From positions 2,976,001 through 3,040,000 of the forward strand of contig OZ219753.1 in the NCBI GenBank assembly GCA_964291315.2: DNA of 64,000 bases, in the 5' to 3' direction. Positions 1 to 8,300 of this stretch are shown piece by piece. The notes beneath the pieces are model-generated. The model ran no database searches. It saw only the letters and a list, made by a program, of their open reading frames with translations, and was not told the DNA's origin. Within the stretch, counting starts at the first letter, position 1, and each line of letters starts with the position of its first letter. The translations under genes and the position numbers were made by a program. The DNA is from Candidatus Poribacteria bacterium. GTDB taxonomy: Bacteria > Poribacteria > WGA-4E > WGA-3G.

Positions 1-1
1 T

Positions 2-787
2 GTAGCCACAGAGGTGCTTTTAAGGGATACAGCACAAAATTCGGATCTTGTTTTGACTGCGGGATATCAGATAGGAGAGGTACTCGCCCGCATCGCTCCT
101 GAATTTCCGAATGTTAAATTTGCAATTTTCGATGCTGTCCTCGATATTCCAAATGTGGTTTCTGTGAACTATAAGTCCAACGAGGGATCGTTTCTAGTCG
201 GGGCACTCGCAGCTTTAAAATCGGAAAGTAACAAAATCGGTTATATCGGAGGCGCGGATGTTCCGCTGTTACAAGAATTCGAAGCCGGTTATATTGCGGG
301 AATACAAAAGATCAATCCAGAGGCAGAAGTTACCGTAGAATACATTAGCAAAGATGCAACAGGTTTCAATCAACGTGAAAGAGCAAAAGCAATCGCTTTA
401 TCACAATATGCAAGCGGGATTGATGTGATCTACGCTGTTGCCGGCGGATCCGGCCAAGGCGTACTTGAAGCGGCGCGGGAGCAAAAACAGTTCATCATTT
501 GGGTTGATTCCAACGGCAACCATCTTGCCCCAGGGCTAGTCTTGACAAGTATGATAAAAGAAATATCTTCATCCGTGCAGCACATCGTCGGAGAAACCGC
601 AGCGGGCAATTTTATGGCAGGCATCCGTCTTTTTGGTATAGAAGATGGTGGTGTTAGTTATGCAGTTGACGAGCACAACCGTCCCCTACTTTCCGAGGAT
701 ATCATAGCGACTGTCGAATCGTTAAAAGCAAAAATTATTACTGGCGAAATCGTCGTTCCAAACACAGTTCTGCTTCCGCGCGAATAG
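2..787 (+). CDS. BMP family ABC transporter substrate-binding protein (5' truncated by window edge)
   Basis: Motifs EGSFLVGALAA, KIGYIGG, GIDVIYAVAGGSGQGV, IWVDSN, LTSMIK typical of Bmp/PnrA; frame open from window start. Confidence 0.9.
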   Translation, partial: VATEVLLRDTAQNSDLVLTAGYQIGEVLARIAPEFPNVKFAIFDAVLDIPNVVSVNYKSNEGSFLVGALAALKSESNKIGYIGGADVPLLQEFEAGYIAGIQKINPEAEVTVEYISKDATGFNQRERAKAIALSQYASGIDVIYAVAGGSGQGVLEAAREQKQFIIWVDSNGNHLAPGLVLTSMIKEISSSVQHIVGETAAGNFMAGIRLFGIEDGGVSYAVDEHNRPLLSEDIIATVESLKAKIITGEIVVPNTVLLPRE

Positions 788-904
788 CACCAATAAGGAC
801 ACTATTGTAAAACGGGCAGCTCCGCTTATACTTCAAATTCTCCTCTACAAAACTTTGATCTTTAGCATGAAAACGAGGTAAAAAATAACAATTTGCGAAG
901 AAAG

Positions 905-933
905 TTGACAAACTTCTAAAAACATAGTATAAT
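905..933 (+). promoter_or_regulatory. Consensus sigma70 promoter
   Basis: TTGACA (905-910), 17 bp, TATAAT (928-933) upstream of 1029. Confidence 0.8.
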
Positions 934-1028
934 TTAATAAACTTAATAATTTAGAAGTTATTTTAGATAAAGATAGAAATACCGGATCTAAAATATCAAT
1001 CTCATATTCTTTCAAAAAGGAGAATTTT

Positions 1029-1463
1029 ATGCAGAATCGATCTATAACCGGAAATTCTACGATGAGTCGATACCCATATCCAGAGTTTGAAGGGAAACGA
1101 GGTGTTGGGGTTGGAATCGTCCTAAGTCTAATCACTCTCGGTATCTATGGGCTTTATTGGCGAGGCAAGCAGATAGCGACGCTCAATGCCTGGCTGAAGA
1201 AAAAGGAACATTCTTTTTTCGCGTGGTTTTTTCTTTTAATTATCACCGCTGGTATCTATGGTTTCTATCGTGAGTATCAGATGGCAAACAGCATTAATAC
1301 AATACAGGCTAACAATGGTTTAGTAACCGATGCGAGTCTACCAACTTCCTGTATGTTAGGGATGCTTTTGGGGTTTGGTGTCTTGCCCCTTGCTATTCGG
1401 CAACACCAGATTAACAGGCTCTACACAGAACAAATCTCTACAGAACAAGCCTCTGATGCTTAG
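1029..1463 (+). CDS. DUF4234-like small membrane protein
   Basis: Repeated LSLITLGIYGLYW / LLIITAGIYGFY helices; AAGGAG RBS before ATG. Confidence 0.75.
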   Translation: MQNRSITGNSTMSRYPYPEFEGKRGVGVGIVLSLITLGIYGLYWRGKQIATLNAWLKKKEHSFFAWFFLLIITAGIYGFYREYQMANSINTIQANNGLVTDASLPTSCMLGMLLGFGVLPLAIRQHQINRLYTEQISTEQASDA

Positions 1464-1570
1464 CCGTACATTTCTTAGGTGTTTATCTCTTAACATATTT
1501 GCCTGCATTCGTCATTCTAAGGAGAATCATTGACTTTGAATCGCGTTTATCGTTTACTTATGCAAGACCT

Positions 1571-1599
1571 ATTATAGCATAAAACGATGTGCTTGTCAA
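1571..1599 (-). promoter_or_regulatory. Consensus extended -10 sigma70 promoter on minus strand
   Basis: Minus strand TTGACA-17bp-TATAAT with TGn extension (TTGACAagcacatcgttttaTGcTATAAT). Confidence 0.65.
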
Positions 1600-1623
1600 A
1601 TTAAATAAATCGGAGATATTCTC

Positions 1624-1923
1624 ATGAAAAGGTTTTGTATTTTTATTCAATGTGTTTTATTGTGTTACGCTTTAACGGAGTGGAACCGAGGGTTTTGGAC
1701 AGTGTTAGGTGTATTTGTCTTGTTATCTGTGATGTCTTGGATATTGGTAGGTTTATTATGGCTTGCGGGCTATCTCTTTTTAGAGGATGTCAAAAGCACA
1801 TTCGGTATCACAGATGAACACATGAAGCAGGCAGAAAAAGAAAGCGAGGCGAGGAAGAAAGAAAGGCAGAAAAAGAAAGCTGCAAGAGATAAAGAATGGT
1901 TGAAGGGATTTGAAAAGGAATAG
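1624..1923 (+). CDS. Hypothetical membrane protein with basic C-terminal helix
   Basis: GGAG RBS, two hydrophobic segments, Lys/Glu-rich tail. Confidence 0.6.
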   Translation: MKRFCIFIQCVLLCYALTEWNRGFWTVLGVFVLLSVMSWILVGLLWLAGYLFLEDVKSTFGITDEHMKQAEKESEARKKERQKKKAARDKEWLKGFEKE

Positions 1924-2036
1924 GCGAAAGAGAAATCAGAAAAGGCAGAATGAGCATTATCAATCGCTTTGGCAGATACATCAGAATGGCGGATGCAGGC
2001 ACTCTGGCATATTTTCTTGATCCGCCCTTTGAGATG

Positions 2037-2975
2037 TCAACAAGTATTCTTCACGATTAAAAGTTCGTGAGATTGTTTGACATGATCAGTGCCATCCTCT
2101 ATTCGATTTTTACCAATTCGGGTTTCGCCCTGCCCTAATGTATATTGCCATTGAACTTCACTGATCTGAAAATCGGCATACCACTTTCGGATGGTTGTGC
2201 AGTCGTTATAGGAAAGCACAAAACCGCCCTGGTGTGCATGCAGCAGATCGCGTAGTAATGCATGGTCGAAACCTTTATGATGCACCGGGAAATTTCGTTG
2301 CGGATAGATACCTCGAAACATCTTACCCTCATCAAGATAGTAAGGAGGATCACAATAAAGAAATTCGCCTGGATGCATAGGAATTGTTTCCTCAAAATTC
2401 CCTTGTTCAACAGAAAGCGAAGGACACTTGAAATGGCGCACTTTGTCTACAGCCCGAATGTACTTCTCCGGGGATTGATAAATCTTGGACATCCAACCGA
2501 GGAAACCGGGACCATAGGAAAGATTATGATTAAACCAATAGTGTGCAGCTAACTTCAATGGATCTGAAATGAGGGACTCCTGGGTCCAATGTGCCTTGAG
2601 TCGGGTTTTAATTTTTGCGTACTGTTCTTTTGTCGGCTGCCACTTTTCGAGTTCATCCGCGAGGTTGTGGCTTGAGGAGAGCTGTATCTGCCAATAGTTT
2701 ACGAGAACATCAAAGATGTCGTAACCACGAACCTGCATATGGAGTTCTTTTGCACAGGCAATTTCTACAGACCCACCGCCCATAAATGGAGATATGAGTC
2801 TATCAAGTCCATTCGGTATATGTTCGATGATATGCCCGACACCTAGACTTTTCCCGCCTGCATAGCGCAAGGGCAGCCCATTGTAGCGCGTATATTTAAA
2901 TCTACCTTTACTTTTGAGCTTGTTCAAAAAGCAGTCTTTTATAGGAATTTCCAAAGGGAGCAGCTCTTGTTTCAT
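2037..2975 (-). CDS. Dam-like (D12 class) DNA adenine methyltransferase, orphan
   Basis: PLRYAGGKS, PFMGGGSV (motif I), YCDPPY (motif IV), VLSYND. Confidence 0.9.
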   Translation of the reverse strand: MKQELLPLEIPIKDCFLNKLKSKGRFKYTRYNGLPLRYAGGKSLGVGHIIEHIPNGLDRLISPFMGGGSVEIACAKELHMQVRGYDIFDVLVNYWQIQLSSSHNLADELEKWQPTKEQYAKIKTRLKAHWTQESLISDPLKLAAHYWFNHNLSYGPGFLGWMSKIYQSPEKYIRAVDKVRHFKCPSLSVEQGNFEETIPMHPGEFLYCDPPYYLDEGKMFRGIYPQRNFPVHHKGFDHALLRDLLHAHQGGFVLSYNDCTTIRKWYADFQISEVQWQYTLGQGETRIGKNRIEDGTDHVKQSHELLIVKNTC

Positions 2976-3167
2976 TATGTTTTACCTTCTGACAGATTTT
3001 TAAAATGGCAACCTAGAGGATTCCGCGGTTACCGTTCGCCATTAAGTACAACGGTGGGAAAGCAGACCAAACGGGGCGGTTTCTGTTCACAGCAACTCAT
3101 CTGAATATTAGCTTAGATAGTGTATCAAAAAACAGTAAAAATATAAACAAAAAATCTTGGTCTAGTG

Positions 3168-4841
3168 CTAATCTTCTGAAACAACGAGAAACTGATTGGC
3201 CTCAACATCTTGCAATATCTGAATTTTGCCACAGGGCCAACGCACCCTTAGTATATCAACGACTGTCCTGTCACCCAACCCGAAGTGTAGGCGCAGATCA
3301 CTTTGACTGAGGTATCCAGAGCCACTTTTGACCTCTCGGATCTGTGTTAAGGCTCTAGAAACAGCCGTTACTCGTGCCCCTATGGCATCTCGGTTGCAAT
3401 GTGTGCCGATGAGCCTGATACTTAACCACTGTGCAGTGTCGACTCCGTGGTTTCTCAAAATTGTCGGCGCATCCTTCAGATTAGAGACAACGATATCTAT
3501 ATCGCCATCGTTATCAATATCGCCGAATGCCGCGCCTCTGCTGACTTTCGGCATTGCTATCGTTGGATCGGCGCTTCCGGAAAAATTACCACTTCGGTTA
3601 TTGAGAAAAAGCTGGTTGGGTTGAGCGTAAGTGCCAATTGGATCTATCTCCGCGATATTGTCGTCGATATGACCGTTGGCAATGAAGATATCCTGCCAAC
3701 CGTCGTTGTTAAAATCAACGAAATCCACTCCCCATGCCAAAAATGGGAGGCTTTTCTCGCCGATGCCTTTTGCAAAGCTCACCTCGTCAAAGAAGTCGCC
3801 TTGTGCATTGTGATAGAGGCTATTCGTCTGGTCCTGAAAATTCGTAATCACAATATCGAGGTAGCCGTCGTTGTCGAAATCGCCGAGGTTCGCGCCCATT
3901 CCACTATAAGCTTGTCCGTCTTCGCTAAGCGCGATGCCCGAGAAGAGAGCGTCCTCTGTCATCCGAGCCTTGTCCGAGTTATTGCGATAGAAGTGGTTTG
4001 GCGTGGTATCATTGGCGACAAAGATATCAATGTCACCATCGTTATCCATATCACCACAAACGACGCCTAACCCTTTGCCCTTCGGTTCATTTATCCCGGC
4101 TTGTTCCGAGATATCTGTGAAAGTACCGTCGCCATTGTTAAGGTAGAGCACATCTGAAACCCCGGGCAGCACCTCTGGCGTGCAGTAGGTCCGAATCTCT
4201 TGTCGCGTGCATGCGGGGTCTGTCTCTGGGTCGAATTGGACATAGTTGACGACATAGAGGTCCAGGTTGCCGTCTATGTCTATATCCACGAAAGCACAAC
4301 CGCTGCTGAATTGACTGCCATTTACGCCGGCGTGTTCAGCGACATCTGTAAAAGTGCCGTCTCCGTTGTTACGATAAAGGACGTTCGAGCCGTAATTAGT
4401 TATATAGAAGTCCACAAAACCGTCGTTGTTGTAATCACCGGCGCAGCATCCTAACCCGTAGCCGGTATCTCCGACAGCTGCCTGCGTTGTCACATCAACG
4501 AAAGTGTTGCCATCGTTACGATAGAGCCTGTTTGTGGGTAAGGTTAGGTAGCTGCTCCCGGGTAGGTCGCTGCCGTTGACGAAGTAGATGTCTAAATCGC
4601 CGTCGTTGTCGAAATCAAAGAGGGCAGCCCCACTGCCGATCGGTTCAATGAAGTATTTCTGTCCGCTTTCACCGTTTACGTGATGAAATGCAATTCCGAG
4701 ATCGGTTGTTATATCGGTGAAACGGAGGCTGTGCATTTGCGAAGGAATAGATCGTGCCTTCACGACGTGGGGCAAAGCATGAAGGGCACAGATAACGAGA
4801 AACATCCACATCGTCTGGACCGTTAATTTTCGGCACTTCAT
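3168..4841 (-). CDS. CRTAC1 family FG-GAP repeat / ASPIC-UnbV protein
   Basis: Signal peptide, many DxDNDGxxD repeats, C-terminal GSGYLSQSDLRLHFGLG. Confidence 0.92.
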   Translation of the reverse strand: MKCRKLTVQTMWMFLVICALHALPHVVKARSIPSQMHSLRFTDITTDLGIAFHHVNGESGQKYFIEPIGSGAALFDFDNDGDLDIYFVNGSDLPGSSYLTLPTNRLYRNDGNTFVDVTTQAAVGDTGYGLGCCAGDYNNDGFVDFYITNYGSNVLYRNNGDGTFTDVAEHAGVNGSQFSSGCAFVDIDIDGNLDLYVVNYVQFDPETDPACTRQEIRTYCTPEVLPGVSDVLYLNNGDGTFTDISEQAGINEPKGKGLGVVCGDMDNDGDIDIFVANDTTPNHFYRNNSDKARMTEDALFSGIALSEDGQAYSGMGANLGDFDNDGYLDIVITNFQDQTNSLYHNAQGDFFDEVSFAKGIGEKSLPFLAWGVDFVDFNNDGWQDIFIANGHIDDNIAEIDPIGTYAQPNQLFLNNRSGNFSGSADPTIAMPKVSRGAAFGDIDNDGDIDIVVSNLKDAPTILRNHGVDTAQWLSIRLIGTHCNRDAIGARVTAVSRALTQIREVKSGSGYLSQSDLRLHFGLGDRTVVDILRVRWPCGKIQILQDVEANQFLVVSED

Positions 4842-4843
4842 TA

Positions 4844-5674
4844 TTAATAATTAAAAGCGATCATTTCTTCGCTTTTATTTTGCGTAACATACTGCAACGA
4901 CCTCTTCAAAGTAATCGAGCGAACTGTATAGGTCTCAGGAAGATCAAATATATCCGGATGATTTTGTTCGGATAAGACGATTTTATTGGTTAATTCAATA
5001 GTTCTTAAAAACTGATTGAATTCTTCTAAATCAAGAACGCCATTATAATGACCATTTGTATTATTGAAATAGGGTGGGTCAAGATATAAAAAGGAGTTGT
5101 GGACACAATCAAACGTTCTATAATCCTTGTTCATTAAGGTCAAGTCTTGAATGGTTTTACTCAAATTCAACAGTGAATCGAGACTTACTTTGGGACATGA
5201 GCTGCCTTTTCTAATAGGCGAGTTGAATTTGTTGCGCGAATTAAATCTTATTTTTCCTGAAAACGCGTTTTTCGCAAGATAAAGGAAGTTGGCGGCGCCC
5301 TCCACCCCGTTTTCTAAACATAGATTCCTGACGTGGTAATAATACTCGGTAGAAGCGTTGTTGTAATGTTCGTTATACAGCTCCCATAACCTAAGTGGAG
5401 ATGTTTGAATCTGCTGTATCAGGTTTACAACAATAGGATTATTGTCGTTATAGGTAACGCGATGAGATCCAAACCTATTGCATGCGTACAGAGAGAATGC
5501 CCCACCTCCCCCAAATATATCGTAAATATGACATCCAAGATCATCAGGTATTAGTTTATCAAAAATATCTTTGAAACCTGCTTTACACCCAATGTAAGGT
5601 ATTATCTTTAGATTTGCACGTTTGTTTGTTACAACAAAATCTGATTGCTCTATACTCGCCCGGCCTTCATTCAT
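4844..5674 (-). CDS. Dam-like (D12 class) DNA adenine methyltransferase, orphan
   Basis: IIPYIGCK, DIFGGGGA, YNDNN, LYLDPPY; start moved to ATG 5674 (GGAG RBS; promoter lies at 5733-5761). Confidence 0.88.
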   Translation of the reverse strand: MNEGRASIEQSDFVVTNKRANLKIIPYIGCKAGFKDIFDKLIPDDLGCHIYDIFGGGGAFSLYACNRFGSHRVTYNDNNPIVVNLIQQIQTSPLRLWELYNEHYNNASTEYYYHVRNLCLENGVEGAANFLYLAKNAFSGKIRFNSRNKFNSPIRKGSSCPKVSLDSLLNLSKTIQDLTLMNKDYRTFDCVHNSFLYLDPPYFNNTNGHYNGVLDLEEFNQFLRTIELTNKIVLSEQNHPDIFDLPETYTVRSITLKRSLQYVTQNKSEEMIAFNY

Positions 5675-5732
5675 ATCACTAATTCTCCGGTTCTGTAGAT
5701 AAAGATTTGCCGTACGCCTTTGCACTGCTATT

Positions 5733-5761
5733 ATTATAACAGGCACCCCACTTTTTTTCAA
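5733..5761 (-). promoter_or_regulatory. Sigma70 promoter for the methyltransferase-CRTAC1 unit
   Basis: Minus strand TTGAAA-17bp-TATAAT with TGn extension. Confidence 0.65.
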
Positions 5762-5890
5762 CATATTGTCTCTGTATATGCTATAATGTTTGTTAGGCGT
5801 TGTTGGTTAAGAATTAGGCTTTTATTTAATATTATGGACCGCTCCTTAACCGACACCTAATAATAGAGGACTATAAAAGGAGAATTTCTA

Positions 5891-6862
5891 ATGGCTAATA
5901 CTCTACGTTTTGGCGTTGTCGGTTTAGGTATGGGCATGAACCGTTCCCGTATGATCCACAGCACGGATGGTGCAACGCTCGTTGCTGTAGCGGACCTTGT
6001 TGAAGAACGGCGCAAGACAGCTGAAGAAAACTTCGGTTGCGACAGTCACGATGATGCCCTTGAGATGTTCGACCGTGATGATATCGATGTGGCAATGATC
6101 ATGACTCCGAGTGGACTTCATGGAAAGTTTGGAGAGGAAGCTGCCCGGCGCGGCAAACATGTTATCACAACAAAACCCATGGATGTCAACGTTGAAAATT
6201 GCAACGCCCTCATCAAAACGTGTGAAGACAACGGTGTCAAATTGCTGGTTGACTTCGGTGAACGCTACGGAAAACACAATCGACGGATCAAGCGTGCCCT
6301 CGAAACGGATGCTATCGGTAGCCCGCTTCTCTGTGAACTCCGTATGAAGTGGAAACGTCCGGATAGCTACTACGTCGGTTGGCATGGCACCTGGGAGCTC
6401 GATGGCGGTGGCTCTATCATGAACCAAGGCGTGCACTACATCGATCTCATGCTCTGGTTCATGGGCCCTGTCAGACGGATCATTGGGGCACACTTTGATG
6501 TCTACGATCACGAAAATTGTGAAACTGAGGATATGACTTCGGCGATCCTTGAATTTGAAAGCGGTGCCCTCGGTCACGTCCTGACAACAACGACCTTCCC
6601 CGGCAGTAACGTCTCCATGATTCACATCCACGGAGACAAGGGCATTGTTGGTCTTGGGCCGGAGGTATGGAAGTTCGTTGACGATGATGAGCCCGACATC
6701 GAACTTCCGCCTTATCCGAATAACGTCATCGAGGACGTGATCCAAGTCGTCAATAACGGGGGTTCACCCGCGGTAGACGGCTATGAGGGGAGCCGTTCGG
6801 TCGCCCTGAATATGGCTATCTACGAATGTGCTCGCACCGGCAAAGCAGTTCAGGTGTCATAG
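5891..6862 (+). CDS. Gfo/Idh/MocA family oxidoreductase
   Basis: FGVVGLGMG Rossmann motif, GKHVITTKP, GGGSIMNQGVHYID. Confidence 0.92.
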   Translation: MANTLRFGVVGLGMGMNRSRMIHSTDGATLVAVADLVEERRKTAEENFGCDSHDDALEMFDRDDIDVAMIMTPSGLHGKFGEEAARRGKHVITTKPMDVNVENCNALIKTCEDNGVKLLVDFGERYGKHNRRIKRALETDAIGSPLLCELRMKWKRPDSYYVGWHGTWELDGGGSIMNQGVHYIDLMLWFMGPVRRIIGAHFDVYDHENCETEDMTSAILEFESGALGHVLTTTTFPGSNVSMIHIHGDKGIVGLGPEVWKFVDDDEPDIELPPYPNNVIEDVIQVVNNGGSPAVDGYEGSRSVALNMAIYECARTGKAVQVS

Positions 6863-6871
6863 TCTTTCTAT

Positions 6872-6900
6872 AAGGCGGGTTTCTGTACCCGCCTTTTTCT
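6872..6900 (+). terminator. Intrinsic terminator
   Basis: AAGGCGGGT-ttctgt-ACCCGCCTT followed by T-rich tail. Confidence 0.8.
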
Positions 6901-6941
6901 GAATTTTATTTACGAAACCGAGACGAAACTGTAGAGAAGCC

Positions 6942-8297
6942 ATGAAAACAGCAAAACTGATTACGATGGGTTGCAAGGTTAACCAATACGATACGCAATC
7001 TATGCGCGAGACGCTTCATCACAACGGATATATGCTCCTTGACGACGAGACGTTGGGGCAAGGGGCTGACCTCTACCTCATCAACACCTGCACCGTAACG
7101 AACGCCGCCGACCAGAAGGCACGGCAAGCGATTCGGAGGGCGATCCGCCGGCATCCGAACGCCAAAGTGCTTGTTACGGGCTGCTATGCTGAGAGCGACC
7201 GCGAAACGATTGAAGATATCCCCGGTGTAATGTTTGTTTTTGGTAATCGAGAAAAAGCTCATTTCCAGCGTTACCTCGACCTATTGCACGCTGAAACACA
7301 GGCTCCGCCTGTAGAGGCGAAACACGGTCCGAATTCACTCCTCAGCATAGAGCCCGTTCAGCACGACGCTATCCGCGAACACGCGCGTTTTAGCAAAGGT
7401 GTCAGCGATGCGGGTAAACGGACACGTGCACTCATCAAAGTGCAAGATGGGTGCAGTGCGTTCTGTACGTATTGCATCATCCCGTATGTGCGGGGCCGGA
7501 TGACGAGTCGCCCGCTCCATGACATCACAGACGAGGCACACCGTATCGCCGACAGCGGTATCAAGGAGGTCGTTATCACTGGCGTGCACCTGGGAGCCTA
7601 CGGCATGGATACCGGCAGAGACAGAGATATCGCTGACATCTTAGAGCATATTCACGAGGTTGAAGGAATCGAGCGAATTCGCTTTAGCTCCATTGAACCG
7701 ATGTATTTTCCGGATACCCTCGGTGAACGCATGGCGGCCCTCCCGAAATGCATGCCGCACTTCCATTTACCGCTCCAAGCCGGGTCGGATGAGATATTGC
7801 GGCAGATGCGGAGGCGTTACACAACCGCCCAATTTGCACATCTCGTCGAGAATCTACGTCGTGCGTTTGGCGAAGATGTCGGCATTACCACTGATATGAT
7901 GGTCGGGTTCCCCGGTGAAACGGAGGCACACTTTGAAGAATCGTGCCGATTTGTTGAAGATATCGGGTTCAGTCAACTCCATGTATTCCGTTATTCACCC
8001 CGAAAAGGCACGCCTGCAGCAACTTACGCTGAGCAGGTATTACCAAGCGTCTCTGCTGCACGTAGCCAAGCAATGCTGTCAATCGGTCAACGCCTTAACA
8101 GAGCATTTCGATGTCGGATGCTTGGGAAAAAGAAAGAGGTGCTCATCGAAGCAAGCAGAGAAGGGAAGAATAACCAGCTCGCCGGTTTTACGGACAATTA
8201 TCTTCGGGTGCTCGTGAATGCACCGGAGAGTGCAATCAATCAGATTCGAAGCGTCACTCTCGGTTCATTAGAAGGGGACTGCCTCTCTGCCACGTAA
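6942..8297 (+). CDS. mtaB: tRNA t6A37 methylthiotransferase MtaB (radical SAM)
   Basis: TMGCKVNQYD, INTCTVT, KVQDGCSAFCTYC, C-terminal GFTDNY. Confidence 0.92.
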   Translation: MKTAKLITMGCKVNQYDTQSMRETLHHNGYMLLDDETLGQGADLYLINTCTVTNAADQKARQAIRRAIRRHPNAKVLVTGCYAESDRETIEDIPGVMFVFGNREKAHFQRYLDLLHAETQAPPVEAKHGPNSLLSIEPVQHDAIREHARFSKGVSDAGKRTRALIKVQDGCSAFCTYCIIPYVRGRMTSRPLHDITDEAHRIADSGIKEVVITGVHLGAYGMDTGRDRDIADILEHIHEVEGIERIRFSSIEPMYFPDTLGERMAALPKCMPHFHLPLQAGSDEILRQMRRRYTTAQFAHLVENLRRAFGEDVGITTDMMVGFPGETEAHFEESCRFVEDIGFSQLHVFRYSPRKGTPAATYAEQVLPSVSAARSQAMLSIGQRLNRAFRCRMLGKKKEVLIEASREGKNNQLAGFTDNYLRVLVNAPESAINQIRSVTLGSLEGDCLSAT

Positions 8298-8300
8298 CCT

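Noticed and set aside
4844-5764. ORF-track starts at 5764, 23117, 23306, 27184 and 47293
   Set aside because: They overlap promoters or neighbouring genes; downstream starts fit RBS position or family N-termini better
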